Shown piece by piece: positions 38,474-50,233 of a DNA stretch of 64,000 nt. The DNA is from Phoronis australis (Eukaryota > Animalia > Phoronida): contig NMRA01000421.1 of the NCBI GenBank assembly GCA_002633005.1, positions 262,171 to 326,170 on the forward strand, in the 5' to 3' direction. Positions within the stretch are counted from its first letter, which is position 1; each line of letters opens with the position of its first letter. The notes under the pieces were generated by a model. It had not been told where the DNA came from. It saw only the letters and a program-made list of their open reading frames with translations, and did no database searches. The position numbers and the translations under genes were made by a program.

Positions 38474-38581
38474 GATACTGAGCGGTGCGCGGAGACACTG
38501 AGTGGTACGGAGACACTGATCAAGTGGTGCGGAGACGCTGAGTGGTGCGAAGACATCGCCCGTGGTGCGTACACACTGATG
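38474..38581. repeat. Short tandem repeat (~18-22 bp, GAGACACTGAGTGGTGCG-like, ~5 copies) just upstream of GPCR-A
   Basis: Directly visible degenerate repeats. Confidence 0.7.
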
Positions 38582-41500
38582 CCGGACTTCTCAACTCTTG
38601 AGTGATTTTGATAACGCCTGCCTACGTCGCCGTGCCATCTTTGAACTTATCAGGCCGTGACGCTGTGACAATACAAAGACGTCAGGCCTCATGCTGATTA
38701 AAAAAAAAGTTTCATAGTTTAGTTGCTGTGAGGCCAACTCTTCATTCATTCTTGACTCCATTAAATTAATCAGTTTCTGCAAAAGCAAAAAACCTGAAGT
38801 AAACACGTGGAAAGCGAAAGGGGACATCTATGGCACCCTCAAGAAAATTTATAACGTCAGGACTGAAAACTTAAAACGTCAGGATCAAAGGTCAGGACCT
38901 AAAATTGATCACACCAGAAATTTTTCATGCCAGAAGACCATGCACGTGACCATCGACATTGACCTTTCAATGTGATGACACACAAGGAATAACCCGCCGA
39001 CGGCAGTATAAGTAGTGAAAATGAGGCTGATTTTTCTTCCACATTAAAAACCACTGCACAATTGAACAAATTAAGACTAGAATACGACTGAGCATTACAG
39101 AGACACAGCTGAGCGTCAATGTCGGCGCATAGTATATGGTCACGTGGTCTCCGGGAATAAAAAATTGTCCTGGCGTGATTAAATATTTTGACTTAATTTC
39201 CAGATGAAGTGTCCAAAATTTGAAATGTTCTCGCTCTCGCCTACGGGGAGGCGCGCATATCCATTACACCTTCAAGCGTAACAGCGAATTTTGTTAGTGT
39301 CATCATAAGAAGTCCACAGTGTCTATGTCACATTCGAGTTACCCTAAAGTTTTGCAATTTCAGTACGTCGGTTTTCGCTACGGTAATCGAGTCTAAACCG
39401 TGACCTAGACGAAAGCTTACGGCTGCGTGGTCGTAAGGCTGTTCTCCGTGTAAACTCTTGTAAGAAAACGTCGTCGTTATAACACGTCAGTACGGTGGGA
39501 TGTACTACTGACTTGCAGAAAAACGTAAACCTTTTGCCGAAATATCAGTGGATGGACATCATGTTCTGCACATTTCTCAAATGAATGCGGAGACTGAATG
39601 CGTGACAAAGCCAGTCTGGCTGCGGCTAATAAAGCAGGGGAATTTCGAAGTTAATATACATTAGTGAACTTAAACTAACCAAACAATGGGAGGGGCTGAC
39701 AGTAGAATTTATTCCTCTGCTTTTAACTCAGTCTGAGGATTCATTCATTCCATCAAATTTAGTCCGCAAGCGGAAGTCCCTTTCGTGCTTTCATTACTGT
39801 AGAGAGCGCCAATGTGAAAAGCCCCTTATATGACCCGGGACATTGTTTCATGAGCTGCTTTGACGTCACTTATTATGTTCGGTAGGGTTAGTTTCTTTTT
39901 GTGTTCAAATAATACTGAGTAGAGCAGTGATGAGGTTCATAGTTCCAGTATGGGAGAAAGTAGATGGGTGAACGTTTGAGTCCCGAATGTGGTCAGTTGA
40001 GCCCCGAATGTCGGTGGTCAGTTGAGTCCCGAATGTGGTCAGTTTTTCTCTTTGTTGGTGAATGTATGGCAAAAATTCTTAACTCATTGAGACAAAAATA
40101 ACAGCTAAAATTGACATTTTTACATTTTTCGGGGGCTTATTGCATTGCTTCAAATGCTAAAACGAGTTCACTACTTGAAATTATACTTGGTGACAGCCGC
40201 TACTTAAAGTAAAATAGAACTGTCTGCAAAGTTATTTGTGTTGGGAACTTGAAGGAATAAAATTTACTTGTCTTCTGTATTGTGTCCCTAGACGAAGATT
40301 TTTATTCTTTCATTTCGTCAGATCGCAAGAGTATTGGGCCAAGTAGAACCTGTTGTTACTACCGATAGCCTTGGGTCTCTCAGTAGATCCAAACAATTCC
40401 CGACGCCGATACATAAGCGACCTAACGTTGTGTATTATTTGAGCATCACATATTGCCATGACTCGTCGGAACAATTTTCAGTTAAATTAAAAACCGGACG
40501 ATCGCCGTACAAATAAAAAAGTTCATGTTTTTTATTTTTGCGGCGATCGCCCGCTTTTTAATCATACTGTGGCCTGAAAAACTGATCTAATTTTCAGTTA
40601 GCCTCGAACCCACTACTCAATATTCGTTTGAAAGTATGAATAAAATGCGTCGTCTGTTGTCTTAGCGAAAACAAATTGCTGTCTAATCAGAAAGGTAAAC
40701 AAGGTTTTGGCGAAGCTTCGGCAAGCCGAAGTTCCCCGAATGGGAAAACACTGGACATTACGAAGATACAAACAGTTCTGTTCATCGCCATGTGATAGAT
40801 ACCGGTCAGACGTTAGAATGTTACATCACGATGCTTGTAAATTCAGCTTGATTGTAAAACAAAGTTATAAAATTTTAGAATACATTAGAATTTCGTTATT
40901 CTATGACATCCAGCTATTCACATAGTCTCAGGAATTTTCCCACCATGTTTTGCATGTTGTATGTATTCATTCTAATGATAATACAGCTCAGTGGAAGTTG
41001 TGGAAACGGCGAGTACTTGTAATAAAGATGGAATTTTACAAAACCTTGGTCGTCAATTTTATCCTTAAAAGTTTTTCTGAGTCCACCTTCAGTGTTATCA
41101 GTTTCATTTTGGATGAAATCAGTATCACCAATTGAACGACAAGTCATTTCAAATATTTAATTTTTATTTGAAAGGAATGAACCCATCTTGTATCCGCCCC
41201 TCAATTGTGTACATATTTAACAAATCTTATTCATTTTTACAGTGTCAGATTTTGAATGGTTGTATTTGAGTTTTAATTTTGAACTTAAATTTGATAGACA
41301 TTTTAATATCTATTCGTGTGTTATGTAGGTTTTAAATGATAAAATACACGAAAAAGTATATGAATGTATTGTATTTTTACTTTCTGCTACATTCAGCTTT
41401 TGAAATTGCTCTATAGGTAAAGAAGTTGCTTTGTAATGACGGACAGTAAGTCCATTGCGCAACACTAAGGCGAAAGCGAGTGCGCGTTTCGTATACCAAG

Positions 41501-41765
41501 TTTCTTGCGAGAAAAGCGAGACCACGCAAGACCACACCAAGTGAAAGTCGAGTGTTTCACCTGCAGTGCAATGCGCATGTTCTATGGAACAACACATATT
41601 AAACATTTCTTGCGCGTGTTATCATTTTCAGATTATAGTTTGTCACTCGTATCGGTAACGCTGACAGTAAGAGATTCATGAAAGTTGATCTTCAGACGGA
41701 CAGTGTTGATCTTTCTAATGAATGGGTATCAAGTTATTTTAATGATTTTGTTCAGACGACATGTA

Positions 41766-42344
41766 CCCGGTTGCATGAAACAGTCCCAAATAGGGACTCA
41801 ACAAACTTCCCTAAATCGGCAACGTATTTGTGGGACATTGAAAACACTGATTGTCCTCTTTTTGAGTCTCATGACTGGGTCATTTTTGGCTTTGATACAA
41901 ATCGAGAGTCAAGTCTACGTTGAATTCTCAATCGCAATTACCGAGTAGGGATGTTTTCATGCAACGCCCCTAATTTAATGACTAAGTCCCTAATTATTTT
42001 GACCGAATTAAAGACTCAGTTTCCAGTTATATTACTATAGAACGTCATTAGTCAGAGAAGAGGTCATAACCAAGATAAAATGATAGAAAAATACTATACA
42101 TGTGAGTACAGAACGAAAAAAATATGCAAAACCAGGGGCGGATCCAGAATTTTGAGTTAGGAGGGCAGGGCAGAGTATTAGCCAGGATTTTGACTGTCAG
42201 ACATTAGCACCCTCAAACTGCCCAATGGAATCTGGGAGAATATTAGGGGGGCCATGGCCCCCTAGACCCCCCTCTTAATCCGCCACTGAAAACATTCAGG
42301 GAACTTTGTTGAGTCCCTATTTGGAACTGTTTCATGCAACCGGG
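41766..42344. mobile_element. MITE with ~47-bp TIRs (PIF/Harbinger-like) containing a nested hAT-like MITE
   Basis: CCCGGTTGCATGAAACAGTCCCAAATAGGGACTCAACAAACTTCCCT ... AGGGAACTTTGTTGAGTCCCTATTTGGAACTGTTTCATGCAACCGGG; absent in the paralog A region. Confidence 0.8.
42133..42288. mobile_element. hAT-like MITE with 5-bp TSD (AAAAC), same family as 4358-4513
   Basis: CAGGGGCGGATCCAG ... TAATCCGCCACTG; AAAAC on both flanks. Confidence 0.85.
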
Positions 42345-42505
42345 CAATGGAGGTCAGTGCCATTTTACCAATGCCCAGTAGAGCTAACTAAATGCCAAAC
42401 GTTTCTGTAGCGGTAAACCTGTCTAAACTGTGACCTTCAAAACAAAAGTGGGTGTTGTCTCAAGTAAAGATCGGTATTGACGTCACAAATAAGTGGTTCG
42501 TTTTC

Positions 42506-45500
42506 TCATGGATCTTCTAAGCCAAAGTTTTCTTGGCACGGTGGCGTTTTGTGAGCAGCTCCGGAAGCGTTATCGGGCAAACCGCTTGAGGTGGTAGTCT
42601 GTAGAAGGTGTGCCGGTGCACCCTCGTGGGAATCCACTTGGACGGGTCTAATGTGACACTTTGTGAACACTGCCTTGTATATCGTTTCTGAAATAATGAA
42701 CAAACGTGATGGGTTTGCGGCATCAAAGTGGGCTTGAATTATTTTAGAAAAAACGAAATGCTAAAACTAGTGTGGTTTACTGCAACGATTGATTTACGCT
42801 CTCACATTTTTTCATATTGAATTTGATTTTAGATTTGACATTTATAAATTCATACAGTCGAAATACGGCATTTGATTACAGTTATAAATGCATTGGGACC
42901 ACGGCTGGGACATGCGAAATGGTTTCAGTATTTTTAGGCGCTCCGAATATGTGTTTATATTTTTCATTTTTATGTTCCATGCAACGATAAATGTAATTTG
43001 TTATAGTCTTTAAAAGTATGGTGTAACATGAAAATACAATATTGGTAATTTAATTCCTGGAAGCAATGCCCACTTTGAAATTGACGTAACTCGCACTTTT
43101 CTAGACCTTTGCATTTTCTCTTTACAGTAAACTCATGTTTCATAAACTTCAATATTTTCACATAAACTTCAATATTTTCACATAAACTGTAATTAATAGG
43201 TATGGTGTAGATAGAACTAGGATTAGAAAGGTTTATTTTATGCAGGCCTTGGCCTTATAATACACTTAACTACTCTGGTATCATCTGGCGTATTCGTCAG
43301 CAAATTACGGCGTACATCAGCAAGGTGTGTAGATAAACTCATACGTGTTAAGTAAATATTCAAACCGAACGTGAATGAGCGTAAAAGACTGTATGAAAGT
43401 TCTTTCCTTTTCCATTTTTTCTACCCCTCCTCCTCCTCCCCCCTACTCCACGCACAAACGCTATGATTTTTTTAAATGTGTATTCATTTTCCATTACGCA
43501 CTATACCTTGCGATTTATATAGTATTGGGGTCTTCCCCTTTCCCAGGAATAACCACAAAAATTAATATGGTTTCTGAGTAAATCAACGCATTGCAAAATC
43601 TCACATGCTCTGGGGTCGGTTGGTTGACTCAATGTATAATGAAGAATACTCACTGTAATTTCTACTTCCCAGACCGTAAATGAATGGATTCACGCAGCTG
43701 GAAAACGCCGACAGTATCCTGGCAGCAGTTGCGAGGTTTATGAAGTCGACGATTTCACTCACCTCTGTCATACGTGGTCGCCTACCTTCAGCAAAGGCCT
43801 TTGCAAACTTGAATGAATGAAAACAGTAAGAAGTTGCATTTGCAACCACAAAGAGAAAAATTCACTTCACCACACGATATTTTTAAAATTACAAATTTCA
43901 TTAATTGCAGCATGTACAAACAAATCCCTAGATCTCGTGAGTCCTGCTATTCATTAATAACAGTAGGTTAAGTGGATATGCCAACTTCAGTTGAACAAAT
44001 TAATATGATCATCATAACAAATAAATGTTATCAGCATAACAAATCAACATGAACATCATTATGATCATGGTTATGTAGCACCGTATTAATAAGTTATATG
44101 CCACGTGGCCATGTCTTTTTAATAAAGTTTAGTAAAAACAAAGTTACAGTTTTGTAGCAAGACAACAGCGTCAATAACTTGATCAAATTTCTTTTCACAA
44201 ATGTTGCGATTCTACAGTGAGTTTTTAAATTTTATTTCGTTTTCGATCGTTAAATGTAACTTAACCCATTGGTGTAAATTTTCATGTGAAACATCTACTT
44301 GGGCTGATTACAACACCCATGGGTGCTCTATAAAAAGATCGAAAGCAAGTTTTNGTGCAAATTTATTGAGTTTTATGTTTGCTATGGACGGCTGAAGTGA
44401 AGCACCCGTGGAATTTCAAGTCCGAAGTGTCATACCTTGTAGTATTATATGTAGTGTATTGGGGACGATCAGAAGCTGAGGACGCCTGTGATTTCACCAT
44501 GTATTTAAAGGGCTCGCGAAATCGAGGCTGCTAATCTATCACCACTAGTACACGCACGCCCTCTAGTTATGGTAGATTTTCCGAATAGCCCCATTGCAGC
44601 ATGTACAAACAAATCCCAAGATCTCGTGAGTCCTGCTATTCATTAGTAACAGTAGGTTAAGTGGATATGCTAACTTCAGTTGAACAAATTAATATGATCA
44701 TCATAACAGATAAATGTTATCAGCATAACAAATCAACATGAACAATCATCATTATGATCATGGTTATGTAGAACCGTATCAATAAGTTATGTGCCACGTG
44801 GCCATGTCTTTTTAATAAAGTTTAGTAAAAACAAAGTTACAGTTTTGTAGCAAGACAACAGCGTCAATAACTTGATCAAATTTCTCTTCACAAATGTTGC
44901 GATTCTACAGTGAGTTTTTAAATTTTATTTCGTTTTCGATCGTTAAATGTAACTTAACCCATTGGTGTAAATTTTCATGTGAAACATCTACTTGGGCTGA
45001 TTACAACACCCATGGGTGCTCTATAAAAAGATCGAAAGCAAGTTTTTAATAAAATGTAACTTAATGATGTTTTTTACAGAACAGTCTGATGATTACAAAT
45101 TCATTTACTTTGCAATCCAAAACCTGGTATATTATCCTACTCAGTGATTATCTTCTTGTGTTGCCATATTGTGCTTTCAGATGTATCTTATGAAAGGGAA
45201 TATTTTAACATGCATGAGGTGTTAATCTTGGAGGGATTGAACAATCCTGCTATTAAAATCGTATTTTAACCGTTTACTAGCTGAAGCCTCGGCGCAGTCA
45301 GCGGATGAAAACATTCATCTGTGTTGAGGCATATATTGTCCGGTAAATCAGCTTCAGTGGTACGGTGCTTTATACCCTGAGCACTGACGGCGACTGGAAA
45401 CTCACGGCTAGCGAAATGGATGTTTTTTTAGGACCTGAGCCTTTTAAAAATACAAATGGTTTTGCAAAAGGTCTACTAGCTCGTTTGGCGATTTTTGCTG

Positions 45501-46448
45501 GCATCTATAAACACAGTAGGTGCCTCCATCCGTATCACTTCAGGTATTTTCAAGTCGTAGCCTCCAATTCAGTTCTCTCGAATTCGGACCTTAGTCACGG
45601 TCCCGCGGCTTGAGATATATACTATATAGGCACCTCATCTGTAGGCCCACATAGCCGGCAAAAGTGGTCGTGTGTTTGCTACTCACCTCTTCTTGCTTGT
45701 ACAGTGACGTGAATTCGACCACCTGGTATGGCACCCAACATACCACGAAGACCACCGTGACCACCAGTACCAGAATGGCTACTCTGTTGGCTGACGGTCG
45801 CCTACCGGAAACACGTTCCAACGGCTCGATTGACGACATCATATGGCGCAACATACAGATGTAGAAGATGGCTATCACCAAGAAAGGAAGCAGGAACCCC
45901 AAGGTGAACTGAAACCACGTCCAAAATCTGAAGTATTTTAGTCTGCTTTCCAACGGCCATGACACTCCACAGTTCGACTTCGAGCCGTTGTCACTGACTT
46001 CCCCAAATATCCAAAATGGCGTCGCAATCAGAAGACTTGAAATCCAAATCACAACGCAGGTTACTATAGCTTTGGTCTTTGTCCGATACTTCAAAGATTT
46101 TGTCGGATAAGATATAGCGACGAATCTGTCAACGCTAAGTGCAACCATGCTAAAAATACTGGTAAATTTATTCATTTCGGACACGACCAGCATGAACTTG
46201 CAAGTGAAGGATCCGAACTCCCACGTTTCTGATACCGTAGTGTGCGTTTTAAACGGCAAAGTAAATAGATAGGAGACGTCAGCGAGCGATAAAGACAAAA
46301 ACAAAATATTGGGAACTGTCTTCATGTGCGAATGACACACAACAACAAGAATGACAAGCGCGTTTCCCAAAATACCGATAGCGAAAATCAATGACTGCGT
46401 AACTATAATTGTTGTGTCGAGGTAACTGAGATCCGGTAAGCTGGCCAT
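42506..46448 (-). CDS. Class A peptide GPCR, somatostatin/allatostatin-C-receptor-like, paralog B (3 exons, 365 aa)
   Basis: Exons 46448-45687, 43807-43654, 42687-42506; same exon sizes (762/154/182) and 7TM motifs as paralog A. A splice acceptor (TCTTTCAG) 23 nt upstream of the ATG suggests a further upstream exon. Confidence 0.9.
43904..45046. repeat. ~450-bp near-identical duplication around a single N (44354)
   Basis: 43904-44353 vs 44593-45046, with ~240 bp of unique sequence after the N; probable haplotype artefact. Confidence 0.8.
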
Positions 46449-47997
46449 CGTCGTCTGCTTATCGAATTCAACTGAAAGACAACCAAACTGAGTGCTGCAG
46501 ACTTTTTAACTTGACCTTCACTCGGTTCACTGCGACTAAAAGCGTACCAACAAGGTCGGCATGTCGATTTTACGACTACGAGGTGAACTAAAGTTTCCCG
46601 GGATCTTATTTGGGCCCAACAAGTGTTTTGATAATGACCTCGCTACACCAATTAGGATGCATTTTCTTATTGGTTCCGCATACGGCAGGCACAGACGGTA
46701 ATAAAAGGATCCTTCCTCCAGTAAGTGTGGGGAGGTGTTGTGGGAGGCATTTCTCGGACATTTTTGAGAATTCAAGTAACTTTGTGCATTCGAAAGGCCA
46801 CGAAATGCCTTTTTGACGTACTTTATGGAAAATATTTTGCTGAAAGAATATAACAATATGAGGTCTCAAATGTTGATTGAAACATGTTTCGCAATCAAAC
46901 TTTAAACGAAACCAAATGGTCAAAGAAATTAATAAATGCACTGAATAAACAGTTTAATAAAATCTGATAGAGATCGTAGGTCACAGTGCTCTAATCACTG
47001 TCAGCTGATCGCTTCCAACCTCAGGGAATTCCAACCCCATGATTATTTTCAAGTTATGTATGACCATATCGATAAGTATGTGCATTTACCTATATATCAA
47101 AACACTTTTGACTTTAACTCGGTAAAAACACACCGTTATAAGTGCGTGAAGAATTTCATTTTGACTTCTGTCAATCTGCCAAGATTGACTAAGTCACAAG
47201 CGTAACCGTCTGGATGCCTTTTTAGTGAAATTTAGCCCAGAAAATTCATGCCCCTGTTCCCAGGCTTTTATTTTAGCCGTATGCTGCTGGCGAAACGTCT
47301 GCTCGTTCATTCGTGCGACTCCCTGGCGAGACTGTTGTGAATCTACGCAGGAAACTTCGCCTGAGACTTTGTGGCATTAATCTAATTAGGAGTCAAAGTG
47401 CGACTTTTTAACCATTAATTCTTCAAACATAACATTACAAATAGTAAACTATCATTCATGTTACAGCAATGGCATTCTAATAAACATTACAAAAACGTTA
47501 ACGATAGTGATGAGGTACCTAATTTTATATGGTACACATATGACATCACTCACCCAGTGCAGGTCCCACTCAGTGTGCAATATATACATGTATCAATGAA
47601 TGGATAACGCAGTCAGCAAAGATAGACTGTCACGGTTTCCAGAACTCTTGTAGCTCATTTGGAATTTTTTGCTTGAGAATATACTTTTTAGTGGTAAAGT
47701 TTATTTTCAAATAATTAATAGAAACATTTAAAGTTAAGGTAATCTGTTTAATTTTTGAACTGCATATGTAATATTTTGCGTGCAACAGAAACCAGTTTTG
47801 TTCTTAGTTTTCTTTCTTGAGCGGAGTTCCAAAAATATTGTCTTTTTTCCAATTGGAGTCGACCTTTGCTGATAACAGACTTTCAATCTAGCGCCAAAAA
47901 GAGTGCGTGACGCAACAGTCTACAGTGTTCACTTGTCACATTCGTTCTTACGGGATTAAAGTACACGAATCAGAATCAACATAATTAATTTTAAATA

Positions 47998-48114
47998 CAT
48001 GGGCTATAGCCCTCCACTTTTTCAGTGGTGTGCCACCCATGGTCTATAGGCGTTGCACCACAAGGGGCTGGGGGCTTTAGCCCCCTCCCCTTTTTCAGGG
48101 CTGCGCCGCCCATG
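47998..48114. mobile_element. Tiny CATGGGC...GCCCATG element with 5-bp TSD (AAATA)
   Basis: 7-bp TIR; AAATA on both flanks; internal dimer-like TAGCCC..CC.CTTTTTCAG repeats. Confidence 0.55.
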
Positions 48115-50233
48115 AAATAACCATTAAAGCGTTTGTAGGAAGGGTCCTATGCAGCACTTTGTATTGAAACTCTGGCAAATTTTTGTATGGTTTACTTAAA
48201 AGGGGGATTTTATAAAAACCCCTCCACATACCAGGATCAAAAATGTTTCCTACATCCTCAAACTTCTTCTGAACAGTAGTCTGCAGAGAGTTCTTATTTA
48301 GTACATTATAAATATGTTTACATCCACGGGATGATCAACAATTAAAGTAGGGTGGAGAATGAAAATGGAATAATTGGTCCCGGCGACAACTTAGATTCAA
48401 TCTGTACTTCGGATAACTTTGTTTAAGAAGGTATCACAAAAATCAGCTTTCATGTTTCTTCTACAAAAGTGATCGCATGAAGGGAATGCGAAATGTCGTT
48501 TCAATAAAATATGTTTTTCTTTAAAAAGGATTCCACGTAAAAAGGTTGCTCGCCTACTAGAATTTTACTGTTGTAAAATATTTACAGAAACAATACAGCA
48601 TGCGTGCTTGTCCACGTCATCATACTGCTTTTTAATTTAAGATGCCCAATGATGTCAAAGTGCGACTTAATTAGTTGTCATTGAAAATACAAATATAAGC
48701 CAAATAAATATCGCGAAGCATGGGGTTCATAACGATAAATCAACGCCCGGCGCTGTGGCATCAAAAAGACTTCAGTTGTCAGGCGACTGTGTTCGGAAAC
48801 AGCTAAGACTGACCGACTACGATCTTACAATACGTGCATCCTTAAAGTTTGGAAATAATTCACTGAATTAAATGTAATAAATGAATCAATCTTCTCGGAG
48901 TGGTTGCCTATGACTCTAGGAACCAATGTGGTGTCCTGTTAGTAAGCTATACTGACCATGTTGATACAATATGTCAGAAAACTTAGACAAACTAATACAC
49001 TGTTTAGACTACGGCACCTTAGGGACAGGAAAACTATCCTCTTCCGTGGAGTGCAAAAGTCTAGCTAAGGAAGTCAAACCGTGCAGATGCCCTCAATAGG
49101 CCCAGGCCAACTCAGAGGAACACTTCAAGTTGGCGACCACAAACGATGAGAAAACCCACCTGTTAGGTTGGAGCCAATTGAGGAGTCGTGAATGAATGCG
49201 TACATGACGAAAGCAACACACTGTTCGTAACCTGGCGGAGTTACTAAAGCAAGTGCTTCACCGACAGCAGCAGCAAGGCAGCTAGAGACACACGGCATCT
49301 TTCGGGTGTTGCTTTAAGAAAGGATGCGATCACAGAAATAATTTTGCAGTTGAACTTTCGGCGAAATGATCTTATTTTTACACGCGTGGGAAAATCGCGA
49401 CGTGCCCCGCAGTAGCCTACCGTGCATTGGGGGGGGCAGTTATAGAGACTCCCTGGGGCGCGGCGACGGGGTCACTAGTGTCTAAAGGAGGGGGTGTCGA
49501 GTGTAGATTTACGCCCGGGTGTATTAGCTTTTCTATGGTAAAAATACACAGTGTAAGTAAATACACACACGAGTGTTAACACCATCACATAAACGGTCTC
49601 TAAAAGCGTGGAACGTGCTTGAACAATACGTTTTCTATTGTCTAGTAACAACTAGCAACTTTACTACTTCGTCGCCACACAATTCCAGTGGGCTGTAAAC
49701 ATACGTTTTGCCGGGTTGGGTTTGAGCGTGATACGAGATTGCAAATGTACCTTTAAAAACTCTTTCACGTTGAGCGGTTACTGCGTAGGTTTAGTTTGTG
49801 AATTTATACAGTTAAGTTGTGAATTCCTTTAAAGCGGCTATGAACCTTGGCGAGAACACGTCCTAATCTGTAGCTAATACTCGGTTCAGTCTCTCAGACT
49901 TAGCGGTGAATTGAACTTGGCCCATCGAAACATTTTCCCTGGATTCTGGGAAATGGACATATGTCAGAATACGTGTTGAGTGTGATAGATCCAACCAAAT
50001 TGAATTCATTTAGAATAATTATGAAGCCATGGGCATAGTCTTACGCGGTTAAATTGCGCTTCTTTAACTTAGTTTCTGTATCATCTTTTGTTCATACATT
50101 TTGTTAACCTATTAAATATCCTAATGACTAGATAGTATGTTGTTACCATTTTAATTAATTCTACTTGCTACTATCTTATGTATTGTGCCAATGTAAGTGT
50201 TACTTTTCATATACTTTTTCAAGTTAGTGCGAC

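Larger units (their letters stand above)
39880..46472. repeat. Second unit of a tandem segmental duplication (homologous to ~27745-38461)
   Basis: Collinear blocks: 39881~27745, 41079~28120, 41478~29524, 42430~30340, 43601~32298, 45225~37170, and the GPCR exons. Confidence 0.85.
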
